Part shown: positions 1-13,503 of the stretch, in pieces | Position numbering within the stretch: position 1 is the stretch's first letter | How the letters are laid out: every line of letters begins with the position of its first letter | Source of the DNA: Octopus sinensis | Taxonomy: Eukaryota | Length of the DNA: 64,000 bases | Assembly: GCF_006345805.1 (NCBI RefSeq) | Contig: NC_043012.1 | Location: 58,714,001 to 58,778,000, forward strand | Direction of reading: 5' to 3' | Notes under the pieces: generated by a model | What the model was told of the DNA's origin: nothing | The model's database searches: none | What the model saw: only the letters and a program-made list of their open reading frames with translations | Made by a program: the position numbers and the translations under genes

Positions 1-44
1 AGCGCCAACTCAGTTAAGCTAAACAGTTTGACTAACTTTTAAGA

Positions 45-250
45 TAATATTGATTTGAAATTTTAGCACAAAGCCAGCAAGTTTGGGTCAAGGTGTAAGT
101 CGATTAGAGCGTCCTCAGCGCTAGACTGGTACTTATTTTATCGTTCAGAAATAACGAAAGGCAAAATCAATCATGACGGAATTTGAATTCGAAACTTAAA
201 GACGGACGAAATGCCTTTAAGCATCTTATATGGCGAGCTCACTGCCCAAA
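45..250 (-). mobile_element. Degenerate tRNA-headed SINE, family A
   Basis: Reverse complement matches the better-preserved copies at 27926 and 40946 (ctggtacttattttatcg, gaatttgaa, gacggacgaaatgc). Confidence 0.6.
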
Positions 251-627
251 CCTTTAAAATAACATTCGTAGCTATGATTATAATTCTATCCAACATAAAC
301 ACCGTCAACGCTAGTTAAATGAGGAGTAGAGTCTTAATGCGTCGCTGAAATAGGTAGGAAGAGTAACGAAACATCTCTCATCGGCGTAGGTTATTGTTAT
401 GGCAAGAGAAAAAAAAAACGTAAGAATGGTCATGGATGTTATGTCCTAGATGAAATGTGCGCTTTGCTACATCATTCACAACACGCTCGCCATTATCGTC
501 ATCATGAACATCATCACATTTCAAATACATCGGGTACTACGTAGTGCAAGCATTTTATACCGACACGTAGGTATAAATAAGGGCAGATGTAATATTGATA
601 TTTTTGTATGGGTTCGGTAGAATGAAA

Positions 628-629
628 TA

Positions 630-664
<35 letters not shown>

Positions 665-703
665 CGTTTCTACTATAGGCACAAGGCCTGAATAATAATG
701 ATG

Positions 704-743
<40 letters not shown>

Positions 744-872
744 TATAATAATGATAATAATAATAATAATAATAATATTAATGATAATAATAATGATAAT
801 AATAATGATAATAATAATAATAATAATAGTAATAATAATATTAATGATAATGATAACAACAAGAATAATTAT
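628..872. repeat. (AAT)n microsatellite containing a family A SINE 3' end remnant (about 668-692)
   Basis: Direct AAT repeats interrupted by tttctactataggcacaaggcctgaa, the reverse complement of the SINE A tail seen at 46300-46324. Confidence 0.9.
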
Positions 873-2050
873 AATAAAGTGTGAAGTAAAATCAAATAAT
901 CAAATATAATTGAAGAATTGAAGAAGCAGTAAAGAAGTTAAAGATAGGAAAGCGCAAAATAGAATGCATATTTAATGAAATTACAAAAAGGTTTGGAAAA
1001 ATAGGTTTGTTTAAATTCAATGAATGCTAATGTAGTTATTATGTTAATTTTAGTATAAAATTAGATTTGACAGTGTTATGATAAAATGAATTCATACAAC
1101 TGTTCCTTAAAATATGAAGACAATTCTGCTGAGATGAAGTAATGGAATGATTACAAATATTGATGGGTGGATTTTTTGTATGTTTTTGCTTTGTATATAT
1201 TTCCTATTTTCTGTTTTAATTATGTTTTGCTTTATTCTGTTGTTTGTTTAATAATTCTTGCAATAATCTCAAGAGTATTTAAAGAACATTGTCGCAAACA
1301 AAGGAATTATGTTTTAATATTAAAATTGTGTGTTCACGGTAAAAATGGCCGAGTCATTGGAAGCCTGGACCGGATTATATATTTTATCGTATATGGTTTT
1401 GTTCGGCTTCGTTGTACTGATTTCAAATCTCACGGGATTCTCGCCATCTTACATTATTTCGGGGAAGGAAAACAAAATAAGCTATAGTAATGCAATGAAC
1501 TAATGAGTATTCCCATCCTCATAGCTGAGCTTCAAGGTCCTCAGATGCAACCACAATTCCGCGCTATTCTCAGCATTCCCGTGGTGCAGCTACAAACTTC
1601 ACCAAAAGTCTCCCCTTCCAGACCTTGATGCAATCGCTTCATATTTAACATTAACATCTATGATCCCGCTTCCTGTTCTCGCAGCCCCCGAAAGTAGATT
1701 AAATTTCTACACCCTTCTTTCCCTTCACTCGTCCCATATGGACCTGCATTTAAAGAAACCATGTAAAAAATATACAACGAAGCTCTCTTGCTATGCAGCG
1801 CTGGGAATAATTTATACAAATGATTTGCTTCTTGAACGATGTTGTATGAACACAATTAATGACAACTTATCAACGAACTTGGTCAATCCTTTCAAATATA
1901 GATGAAACTTTGTCGGACAATTTTTTTATTATAAAGAAAATATTTAAACTTAATTCATAAAATTTACAATGAAACATATAATAACTCTCTGAAATTACTG
2001 GCCTTGCTTCGAAATCTGAAGTCAATATTATTACAGTTACCTCAATAGAA

Positions 2051-2559
2051 GTGGAGGCGCAATGGTCCACTTTTTAGGGCAGCGGACTCGCGGTCGAAGG
2101 ATCGCGGTTTCGATTCCCACACCGGGCATTGTGAGTATTTATTGAGCGAAATCACCTAAAGCTCCACGATGCTCCAGCGGAGGATGGTGGTGAACCCTGC
2201 AGTACTCTTTCCCCACAACTTTCTCTCACTCTTTCTTCGTGTTTCTCTTGTACCTGTATTTCAAAGGGCCAGTCTTGTCACACTCTGTGCCACGCTGAAT
2301 CTCCCCGAGAACTACGTTAAAAGTACACGTGTCCGTGAAGTGCTCTGCCACTTGCACGTTAATAAATGAGCTGCGTCGTCACAGGTGTCAAGCTGTATCG
2401 GTCTTTGCCTTTCCCTCGGATAACATCGGTGCCGTGGATAGGGGAAGCTGGTATGCCTGGGCGACTGCTGGTCTTCCATAAATAACCTTGCCCAGACTTC
2501 TGCCTTGGAGGGTAACTTTCTGGGTGCAATCCCATGGTCATTCATGACCGAAGGGGGTC
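2051..2559 (+). mobile_element. tRNA-headed SINE with a family B head and a family D-like 3' half
   Basis: Head gtggaggcgcaatgg...ggtttcgattccc matches 36926. The 3' part (caagctgtatcgg...ggtgcaatcccatggtcattcatgaccgaagggggtc) matches the family D copies at 8510, 5820 and 28436. Confidence 0.8.
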
Positions 2560-3974
2560 ACAACAACCTCAATACAATAGATTGAGATGCTATTGTCTGG
2601 TCTGTAATAGTGAAGTACATGGTAAAGCGGTAATTAATTGTGCTGATTAATGAAAATGATCGAGTTCGAAACACGTCAGTTTAACTTCAGTAATGCATAT
2701 TATCTCACGGTTAATCTGAAGGAAATATTTACTGTAGTCAGTTCAACATAGTAATGTGCTCCAACAAGCTGGTACAAATTCTATTTGTATACAGTCAATG
2801 GATCACTAACTGACCGGAGTACACAAAAATTTAAGGAGATAGTGCTTTGGGACGACATGGTGACATGTCAGTATATAGAATTGCGAGTTAGAATAGCTGG
2901 AGTGTAATGGTGTACTTGGTTTTTGTTATTTAGAAAAATCAAACCTCCACCTTGGCATCTCAAATCTCACAAGATACTATTGTGCTTGCTATCCATTTAG
3001 AGTGAGTAAATACTATACTGTATATATCGATTAATCGTATATACTTCTGCATCCGATAATAATTATACATGCATCTGATGAAAGTGAAATCAATGTTGTC
3101 TTCCACACCGACGGAGGTCGATGACTCAACAGAACACCATGCTAGATTATTTTTATGTTTATCATTTTTTCCTTCCCACCACAACCCTTTTTGGCATAGA
3201 TTTCATTAGCTTATATTTCTGAGCACAAATCCTTCGGGAGTCAACTATGGTCATCATCACGTCAGAAAGTCAATAAAATAATAAATAGCCTTAATAAAAT
3301 AAGGTCGATTCAATCAAAGCAGCTAAAGATTCATTAGGAAAAACAACAAACAAAAACTATATTATATGAGTGACTCAAGGGAGCCTTGTAACGTAGGAAA
3401 TCCGCTACCGTCGATTCGTATCCTTGAGTCGTTGTTTTTTTATATCCTAATCTGACGCATTTACAGTTTCCATTTTATCAAATTGGCTATTTATTTCTTG
3501 TGACAAGTCCACCAGTTAGTTGATGGACACGCCAATATATGTTGTTCCTTTGGAGATTTCATACAAGAGACGATGTATTTGTTTATAATCCGTTGTGATT
3601 TCATTTCTTCGATTTATGTACCATTTTTGCATGTTTGATTGAAAGCTGTACCTGACTGAGCGCAAGTGTTGTACGAGAGCCGAGAGATATGAAAGTCAGT
3701 GATACGTCACTGATTCGGTGCTGTGTTTCATGGTGAAGACAATTCATAAACCGCAGATGACCCGTTCTGTCGACTTTTATCTTGCTCGTACCAACGGGGG
3801 AATCTTTACTTGGTCGATCGATGCACAAGAAACAGCAGTTTGATTTTCTTCAAATCACACCGTTTCGTCCTTAAAATGTATTAGAAATATATCTGAAATA
3901 ATGCAGAATTTATGTATACACTGTGTTTGAATAATTATAGGTTAGATAATGAAAACACAATACATACATACATA

Positions 3975-4010
3975 AATATGTGTGTGTGTATGTGTGTGTA
4001 TGTATGTATG

Positions 4011-4065
<55 letters not shown>
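3975..4065. repeat. (TG)/(TATG)/(TA)n microsatellite
   Basis: Direct repeats visible. Confidence 0.95.
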
Positions 4066-4070
<5 letters not shown>

Positions 4071-4095
4071 AGAAATATGTTACAAAAACAAAATA

Positions 4096-5584
4096 TTCAG
4101 AAACGGTAGGAGTACTGTTGATATGATCTTCTCTGCACGGTAGTGTGGAACAGCAAACAGAACTTTATCAAGTATTCATTGATCTTAGTAAATTTGTGAC
4201 TCTGTCAATCGAACTGCCTTTCTGAGAGATCCGGAGGAGACTTGGAAGCCCGGTAAAGTTTCTCACTATTCTGAAGCAGTTTTGTGATAGCATGGAAGTA
4301 AATATCAACATTGGTGGAAAGCTCTCGTAGCCTACCTCTGGCATGAACGGGGTAAAACAAAGTGACATACTAGCACCAACTCGCTTCACCCTTTATTTTA
4401 CTATAGTTTTTCAATTGGCGTTTAAAGACTCATATGAAAGTATGTGTCAGACATCGCACAACAGGAAAAATCGTTAACATCAGGAGATTGTCAGCTAAGT
4501 CAAGGACATCTTCGACTCTTATTCGAGACCCCTTCTATGCAGATGATTGTGAAACTGTTACTCAAACTGAGGAGGAGATGCAAAATCTTATGAATGCAAT
4601 TTCAATGGCTTTTGAAACACTTGGCTTAACCAAGATCTAACCAAAACTGTTGTCGGTTTTTCAGCCAAAACAAGGAATGTCATACATAGAACCTGGTATC
4701 TTTGTGTATGAAAGAAAACTTACTGTGGTGTCTAAGTTTGTTTACTTAGGGAGCACAATAAGCACATCAGCCTATGATCTACGCATGGTATTTCCCCTGC
4801 GGCAAAGATTAAAGTATACAATGCACGTATCTTAACCTCTTAATTGTACGCTTGCGAATCTTGGACGGTGTACCGTAAGTACTTAAAACTTATGGAACGT
4901 TTTCATCAACAGTGTCTCAGATAGATTTTGAGGATCAGCTGGAAAATGCGTGTGAGTGACGAGGAGGTGCTTGAAAGAAGGAAGTGCTTCAGTATTGAAG
5001 TTTTGCTATTGCAGTAGAGATTTAGATGGAGTGGACAATTAGAATGACAGACTGCAGAATGCCTAAACAAACCAAAGATGAGGTTCAAAGATTGTCTGAA
5101 GTCGGGATTGAATAAGATAAATGTTCCAATTGACAATTGGGTAGATTCAGCGCATTGTCGAGAAAAATGGAAAAAAGTTTTGTATGAAGGCAAGAATGAA
5201 TTTGAAAGGAAGAGAAGGGAGCATGCAAAGATCAAAAGGAAGATGAGAAAAAGTGATAGGAATGATGTTCTAACAAGCATTAATGAACGTGATGATCTTA
5301 CATGAGATGAATATGGACAGATTTAGATTTGTCATAGTAAGGTTAGGCTAAAGAGCCATGTGAAATCACACATTGCACAACTGCACAATGATTATAGATG
5401 GAAAGATGATTTCGAATGCATACTCCGTCATAAAGTATGCAGATCAAAAAGAGGCTTGAAAAGGCCTAGCAAAGTTGATGAAGCAGTAAACTATACAATC
5501 ACCAAGTTTTCTTGCACTAATTGTCAAAAAGCATGCAAGACTTTGACAGGCCTCAAAAGCCATAATCGTGCAGCTCATCGATGA
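4096..5584 (+). mobile_element. 5'-truncated, decayed RTE-clade LINE: reverse transcriptase plus C-terminal C2H2 zinc fingers
   Basis: Translation across frameshifts gives [74 protein letters not shown]...WVDSAHCREKW, then the CxxC-x3-C-x5-L-x2-H repeats typical of RTE ORF ends. Confidence 0.9.
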
Positions 5585-5628
5585 TATTCTAGACAATAGC
5601 TCTACTCGAGATCGAATTGGCAACCATC

Positions 5629-5677
<49 letters not shown>

Positions 5678-5778
5678 TGTGTGTGTGTCTGTCTGTGTCT
5701 GTGTCTGTGTGTGTGTGTGTGTCTCTGTCTGTGTCTGTGTGTGTATCTGTGTCTGTGTCTGTGTGTGTGTCTGTGTGT
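5629..5778. repeat. (TA)n(TG)n/(TGTC)n microsatellite just 3' of the RTE LINE
   Basis: Direct repeats visible. Confidence 0.95.
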
Positions 5779-5819
5779 AAAGAGAGGAGCAGAGAGATGG
5801 AGATATGTGAAATATATTA

Positions 5820-6130
5820 GACCCCCTTCGGTCATTATTGACAATGCAGTTGCACCAAGAAAGATCTTCTACGTGGCACAAGTCCGGGCAATGTTGGTTG
5901 AAGATGACTAGCAATTACCACACCAGCCTCCCCTGCTCCATGTCACCGACGTTCTCCAAGGGAAAGTCAAAGCTCCACAAATCCCGGCACCAGTGACGTC
6001 GCTACGCATTTATATAGCCGAGTGAAATGGCGCAACGTAAAATAAAGTGTTTAGCTCAAGAACACATCTCACAACCAGTTCCGTTTATCAAACTTACTAC
6101 CTCACGATTTTAAACCTGACGCTCTAAGCG
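5820..6130 (-). mobile_element. Degenerate SINE, family D
   Basis: gacccccttcggtca, ggcaccagtgacgtc and aaaataaagtgtttagctcaagaacac match 28436-28757 and the reverse complement of 8510-8808. Confidence 0.65.
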
Positions 6131-8063
6131 CCTTCAAGACTGTATCTCATGAAAATACGTGATGGACACAGATGGAATACTTTTGGTTATGGATGAACTT
6201 GACCAAAAATAATTCAGGATAATGAATTTCTCAAACCTGTGGCCGTTTAACTTGAAATCAGCTTTCGTTATTCAAATCTAAAATCTGTTGTTACGGTAAC
6301 GCCGTACCAATTCTGTCTATTTTTAGATTCTGTATATCAAGGTAAGGCATGGTTTTAGGGCGATGTTACTGCAACTCTTAGAACGTCAAGTGGCCAAACG
6401 TTACTATTTCCTCTTAATCTCATATACAGATCGTTAAATATTCGTGGTAAGAGGTAAAACTCCGCAAGGAAATAGAATATAAATGACTATCTATCCATTG
6501 ATTTGGTTCTTACATTCTTTGAGTGGTGTTTAATTTAAACACAGAAGCGGATCTTCTTTCTTCCGGTTCTTTTTCAGCACATGACTTAAACTTCCGGTTG
6601 TTCACGTTTTTTAGTTTAAATCTTTCCATGGATTACACGGACGGTTGACGTAGCGCGTTCCTCTCTCCGGCACCAACACCTGGCCCCTAGAGTACATTTA
6701 CAAAGATCCAATGAACACGGTCAGAGAAAATCAGAAGGGCACCAAATAATAGTTCAGTTGCAAATGGCTACAACATTTTTGCGAGTCTGAGAAGATGGCC
6801 AGGGGAGATAATAGAGATTAATTTCCCATCGTTTGAAGGCAGCAAATGGAAAGCGTCATCGAAGGACTTGACAGAATATTTCGTGCTATTTATCCTCACT
6901 CTCTACGGTCTGATTTCCAATCCGCTTGCGGTCTTATATAACTTGCATCCTTGGAGGGTCGCGGAAAGTAGCTATGAAAATATATCAATCTAAAAGGTGG
7001 TTTAGCAGCACTATCCGAGCATCAGATTGGATGACTTGAGATATTTACACATCTTCGCGTATTTTGAGTTCAAATTCCAACGAGACCTGCTTGGGTGGTA
7101 GGGTTAGACCGTCGCCCCTTCAAACAGATCCACTTAAAATGGTGGGCACTTTTAGTATAATCTACTTCGTTGCAAACATTCTGATCAGGTTTCCGGTTCC
7201 AGAATATCTTCCTCCTTCCTGCTCACCCACCCACCCCACAAGTCTCAGACACTGTATAACGTGTCATGGGCTTTGCCTCCTCTCATGATTGAATAAAGAT
7301 AATATGAAATAAAGAAAAAAAATGATAAGTTCATATAAATATGAAATAAATTCTATTCTTCCCATGATGGTCGTTTGAACTGGAAAGAATCTCAACAAGA
7401 CGAAGCAACAACAAATGGTACACCTCCTACCTAATGGTTAATGGCTCAAAAATACAGATACATTTGTTGTATTCTATGTTTTATTGGAGACAACATATTC
7501 ATTGTTCGGAACATAAAAAATATCGAAAGATACTAGAACAAACAAAAGCTGCAATGAAATAGGTTTTTTGTAGTAGTTCTTATTTTTGTAGCCAATTTTT
7601 TTTTTATATTCTTTTTTAATCAGAATATTTGCATGTATTATAGATTCTGGGGAATTATCTCGCATTCACACATTTATTGTTATTGAAATCTAATGATCTC
7701 ATTAGAAATTGGAGATGTAATTTCACTAATATCAATATAGAGAATAAAAGTCCCTTCTCCGTTGTATGTAGAATTTTCGTTTTACTAATGTTAAATGTAT
7801 TGTATGTTAAAGCGAAAGAAGAGAATACTTTTACACAAATGCGCACAAATTTTCTATAGTCTGTTACACTTTATTTTATTTCTTATCGCTTTGTCTCGCT
7901 ATTGAAAAACTTCATTCAAACAACATTCTTCTATACTATATTAATTTCCATAAGGATCATTAAAATGGAGCAAATCTATGCTTTTAGAATACATCTTTCA
8001 TTTTCTCCCGCATATAAATATATCGATTTATTCCATAAGCACAATATTAATGTTTGCTCAACA

Positions 8064-8078
8064 TTATTATTATATTCA

Positions 8079-8154
<76 letters not shown>

Positions 8155-8168
8155 CATTATTATTATTA
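8064..8168. repeat. (TTA)n microsatellite
   Basis: Direct repeats visible. Confidence 0.95.
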
Positions 8169-8509
8169 CCAGCGTTGCTAATGCTGTTTTGTTTTGTTTT
8201 CTTTTCTTTCGCTTTTGTTGTTATAGTTGTATTTCATTTTTAGCATGGTAAGTATTGTCGCTATTACGAACACTTTGTCTTTGGATTCTTGACAAATATG
8301 GCTCCTTGAAATTCATTTCCATGTTTTTAAGACGTGTTGCGCGGTGCACTGGAGTGGAACAAAGGAATGTCTCTCTGGCGGAACAAAAATAAATAAATAT
8401 AATAATATAAACGATAAATGTTTGAACCTAGAACGAAATGAACCGGAAAAAATACCATGAAGCATCTTGTTCAACGCACAAATGATTCTGCCAGCTATAT
8501 TAGTAATTG

Positions 8510-8808
8510 TGAAGGTTCATGTCTCAGTGGTTAAAGCGCCTGGCTCACAACCTTTAGTTAGTGAGTTCGATTCCCAGACCGGGCTGTGTGTTATGTTCTT
8601 GACCAAGACACTTTATTTTACGTTGCTCCTGGTCATTCAAATGTAGAAATGAAATGCGATGTCTTCGGTGCCAAGCTGTATCGGTCTTGGCATTCTCCGT
8701 GCATAAGATCGGTGGTATGAAGAAGGGAGGCCGGTATGTATGGGTGGATGCTGGTCTTCCACAAACAGACTTGTCCCTCGGACGTGAACTTTCTAGGTGC
8801 AATCCCAT
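8510..8808 (+). mobile_element. tRNA-headed SINE, family D
   Basis: A-box-like gtctcagtggttaaagc and B-box-like gagttcgattccc, followed by ttcttgaccaagacacttta and ggtgccaagctgtatcgg. Confidence 0.7.
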
Positions 8809-9192
8809 GATGACGTTAGTGATGGCGGGTAGTCATTGGTGGTGATGGTGACTATGGTGGTGTCCATGGCGATGATGATGATGATGATGACGGTGGTGGG
8901 GATGATGGTGTGGTGATGGTGGTGGTGGTGGTGGTGGTGGTGGTGTTCATGGCGATGATGATGATGATCAAAATCATGATGGTGATGATGATGAGCTTGG
9001 CGATGGTGTGGGCAGTGTCCATGATAAGGATGATGGTAATTGTGATGGCGATGGTGATGGTGTGGTGATAGTGGTGATGGCGATGGTGTGGTTAGTTGTT
9101 GGGATATTGTGGGTGGTATGGTGACTGTAGTGATGTCCATGATGATGATGAGGAAGGTGATGATGATGATGATGATGGGGGTGATGATGATG

Positions 9193-9249
<57 letters not shown>

Positions 9250-9645
9250 GTAGTGGTGGTAATGATGATTTGGTACTCTGAGACTCGACTAAATTTTGTA
9301 ATGCATTTATAGGCTGCTCTCCTATCTCTATCATCTGTTTCCAGCACATTTCCACCCCCTCTTCTCTCCCCTATCTCCCTTTCATTCTTCCTTCCTTGAC
9401 GATCTCTCTCGTTTCTTCATCTTCTCTCTTTCTCTTACATATCGTCCCCTCTCTCTCTCTCTCTCTGATTCTTTCTCCTTTTCACTATCTCCCGTCTTGA
9501 CATATTCACCAAATTTACATATAAAGCTGTCGTTAGAATATAACACTGAAAACATGTATTTGACTTTGCTTTTATGATAATAGTATTGATTGTCGCCATC
9601 ATCATCATCATCATCACCATCATCATCACCATCATCATCATCATC

Positions 9646-9677
<32 letters not shown>

Positions 9678-9996
9678 CATGATCATCATCATCATCTATT
9701 TCAATCCCGTTCTTATCATCATGATCATCATCAGTCACTATTAGCAACAGTAATATCATCATCGCTATCATAATCGTCACCATCATCATCATACCCACCA
9801 CTACCATAGTCACCACCTACACCACCACTAAAGCCAACGCCATCCCAACGACTGTCCGCACTATCACCAACATCATCACTATCATCACCACCATCACCAA
9901 ACCACCACCAGTACCACCATCATCATCATCATCACTATCAGTATCATCATCCTCATCATCATGATAGTCATGGACACTTCCAGAATTACCAATGCT

Positions 9997-10212
9997 ATCA
10001 CCACCGCCTCAACCATCACAATCGCCTCCACCATCAATACCACCTCAACCATCACCACCGCCTCCACCATCACCACCGCCTCCATCATCACCACCGCTTC
10101 AACCATCACCATCGGCACCCCCATCACCACCACCGCCACCATCACCATCGCCTCAACCATCACCACCGGCTCAACTATCACCATCGCCTCCACCATCACC
10201 ACAGCCACAACA
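9997..10212. repeat. 18-bp minisatellite, about 12 units, consensus ATCACCACCGCCTC(A/C)ACC
   Basis: Six-residue period ITTAST/ITIAST in ORF 9961-10608. Confidence 0.8.
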
Positions 10213-10560
10213 TCAGCACCACTACGATCAACACCGTCACTCCTCTGCCATAATCACCATCATGGTCAGCAGAACTACCACCTTCACAACCGCCTCCACT
10301 ACCACCAGTATCATCATCATCATCATCATTTCCCCAGCATCCCAACACTAACACTGCCACTACCATCTTCATCCGAATCATTTTCCACATCATCGTCGAC
10401 ATCACCACAGCCACCAATACCAGATTGGCCTCACTATTACCACCACCATTCCTCTCACCGCCTTCTCTCCCCTCCTCTTCCTTCTCATCGTCATCCACTT
10501 CGTCGTCGTCATAACCTCCTTCTATTCTCGCTCCATCTCCACATACCAACTATAAATATT

Positions 10561-10728
10561 TTCTACTCTAGGTACAAGGCCCGAAATTTTGGGGAAGGGA
10601 GCAGTTGATTTGATCGACCCAGTACGTTACTGGTACTTAATTTATCAATCCCTAAATGATAAATGGCAAAGCTGACCTCGGTGGAATTTGAACATAGAAC
10701 GTAAAGACAGACGAAATACCGCTAAGCA
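10561..10728 (-). mobile_element. SINE family A fragment
   Basis: aggtacaaggcccgaaattttgggg...gatcgaccc...ctggtacttaatttatc...gacctcggtggaatttgaac...gacgaaataccgctaagca. Confidence 0.8.
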
Positions 10729-13114
10729 AAACTTTTGCCATTCACACCAATGGTCTGCTCCCGTATGTATTAGAAGATCGCTGACTGGTCTAACGTCTAC
10801 GGCTCCTTGTTTTAAGAAACAGTCCCGTAAAGGGTTAGGGTTAATTGACAGTAATACGGCTGTTGCTGTTAGTGATAATGATAATGAGGAGGAAGAGTAA
10901 GAGTAGGAGGAGGAGGGGAGGAATATGAGAAGGGGCAGCAAGATGAGAAAGAAAAAGGAACAGAGGAGAGAGAGAGAAGGTGAGTTTGTTTATGATGTAT
11001 AGGGAAAGGATGGGTAGAAGGAGGAGGCGGAGGAGGAGGTAGACGACGACAACGACGGCGAAAAGCTGCTGGAGGAGGAATATGATGACGATGAGGGTAA
11101 GGGAGGGGGAAAGGAAGACTAAGGTGTTGACGGTGATAATGATGAGGAATAAGAAAACGATGGCAGAGGAGGAGGTAGAGGAGGAGAAGGAGAAAGAGAA
11201 TGAGGATGAGGATAGTAAGAAGGCGGAGGAAGAAGAAGGAAAGAGTGGTAATAAAAAGAACAATAACGATAATAACGATGATTGGACTTCCAGGGGATAC
11301 TGAAAAGTTTCCGGCTTTGAGTAAAAACAAAAGACAGAAGGATCAGTTAATTGTGTCCCCTCTCCGATTCACACACTTCAGTTGTTATAAGCCCTGTACA
11401 AGAAATCGGAAGGATGGGCCTTAAACTAAACTTTTCGCGACACCCTTAAAGCCAGGAATTTTTCAGCACCCTTCGTACGTATCCTCGCATATCAAGAACT
11501 GAAAAAAATAAACTGTAATAGACTGTGTGATTACATATAACGCAGTAACCGTCTAGCAATACTCACAAGGTGTTATTTGACCCAATGGTACCAGAAAACA
11601 CTTGCACAAGGTGTCACATATGGATTTGCACTGAAACCACATGCAGCACTTCTAAATGTTTCGGCGAGAATTCGCCTCTTAAGCCGCTGAAGAAAGAAGC
11701 AGATTTCTCTAAAGCTTTGCCACAAACAGCTCTTAACTATTAAAAAAAAAACAACAAAGAGCGGAGAAGCGAGCGATCTTATATAAAAACCTGTCTTATT
11801 AAAATACAGCCATTCACATCGCTCTACTAAGTATAGATATTAAGTCAGACAACTTGTAACGATTTTGAAGTAACTAGACACTCGTGTTCAACGATAAGTT
11901 TAATGAGGCATCTATTCTGTGATAATGCTTCGATTCCTAATTTCTTAATCACTACGTGTCTTACTTTTATCTCCAAACGTACGGGATAACTTGGGAGATA
12001 TTTACCACGATGTTGTCTTTCATTAAAAATTTTGAGTCATCAGAAGTAGAATGATATTGTATTTCCTTTTCTTAGCTTTCTAAAGTCGTTGTTGGTTAAT
12101 TCCTGATCAGCCCTGATTCATCAGCCTTTTAGTTAAAATGTTTGTATGCTGTGACAACCCAATATTATTTTAAGATAAAGTGTCTACTCAACTACAATAT
12201 TCTGGGCACACAGACGTCTTCTTCCATATCTTAAACGCTAGATTGTAATTTGAGAAAGATTTGGCTGTTCTATTTTGCAGATCGAGCAACCAAATAAATG
12301 CTTCTTGTTTGGCTCAAGTAATCTGTAAACGTAGAACTAGAGTCGTTGCCTCATATTACATTTGAACTAGATCATATGGTAGCTGCTATACGCTCAAATA
12401 TATGTCAATCTGGTTACAAATTCCGATTGCAGTATCACGCTTATTTTTCCCATTTTGAATAGTAAGCTAACAATTCATTATGAATTACCACTCTTACATT
12501 CCCTTCCTTTCTTCCTGTCTCTCTTTCTCTCTCTCTTTCTCTTCTTAAAATGACATTTGCCCAACACATCGTTGCCTTCAGGGACTTCTAGTATGATGGG
12601 TTTTTGCTTTTTTATTTATTTACGTGTATATATATATCTTTTACAGTTTTTGTTTTTCGCCTTATATATGGCTACTTATGTTTCTGCTTTTCTCTTTGTA
12701 GTCCAAAGCCCATTGTTTATTCCCCTATTTCTTCTTTTGTTGCCACAGTATAGTATTTCAAACTTTTCTCGTGGGGTTCGGCATTTATCCAGCCAACGCT
12801 AAATCTAAATCACTGCTTTAGTGGGCGTTCAATAACATTAATGTTGTTTGATTTACAGTTTAACCCATCAAATGTACAGTATGTGTCATTAAAGTTATGG
12901 TATGCGCCATTGCTTCTGAAAGAGATTATGATTTTTTAGTCAGTTATCAGAACTGTGTTATATGTGAACAATCAAAACACTTCTCGTTATCACAACCTTC
13001 CAATACATTTCAGATTGCACTTTCGATTCGAACACTCAGCAATTAAGGGAATGTTTTTTTTTTATAAATGGGCCATACACAAAGCTATAATATTTATATA
13101 TATATATATACATA

Positions 13115-13312
13115 TTTACTTGTTTCAGTTATGTGATGGTTGCCATGCTGGAGCACCGCGTTTAGTCGAGCAAATCGACCAGGACTTATTCTTCGTAAGC
13201 CTAGTACTTATTCTCTCGGTCTCTTTTGCCGAACCGCTAGTTTACGGGGACATAAACACACCAGCATCGGTTGTCAAACGATGCTGGGGGTGACAAATAA
13301 AGACACACAAAC

Positions 13313-13343
<31 letters not shown>

Positions 13344-13503
13344 TACGATGAGCTTCTTTCAATTTGCGTCTACCAAATCCACTCACAAGGCTTTGGTCGG
13401 CTCGAGGCTATAGTAAAAGACACTTGCCCAAAGTGCTATGAAGTGGGACTGAACTCAGAACCATGTGGTTCGTAACCAAGCTACTTACCACACAGCCACT
13501 CCT
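13115..13503 (-). mobile_element. Near full-length tRNA-headed SINE, family C, with internal (TA)n
   Basis: Reverse complement aligns along its length with the + copies at 44264 and 45091. Confidence 0.85.

Larger units (their letters stand above)
8810..11285. repeat. Compound trinucleotide low-complexity block: (GAT/GGT)n, (GA/TC)n, (CAT/CAC)n, (GAG/GAA)n
   Basis: Direct repeats visible; source of the poly-H/D/M/P/E ORFs in the track. Confidence 0.9.

Noticed and set aside
3372-3430. 9-bp inverted repeat gactcaagg/ccttgagtc enclosing a small hairpin
   Set aside because: No ribozyme core or TSD, single occurrence, compatible with chance.
3601-3828. Minus-strand 75-aa ORF with ordinary composition
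   Set aside because: No recognisable homology or convincing splice acceptor.
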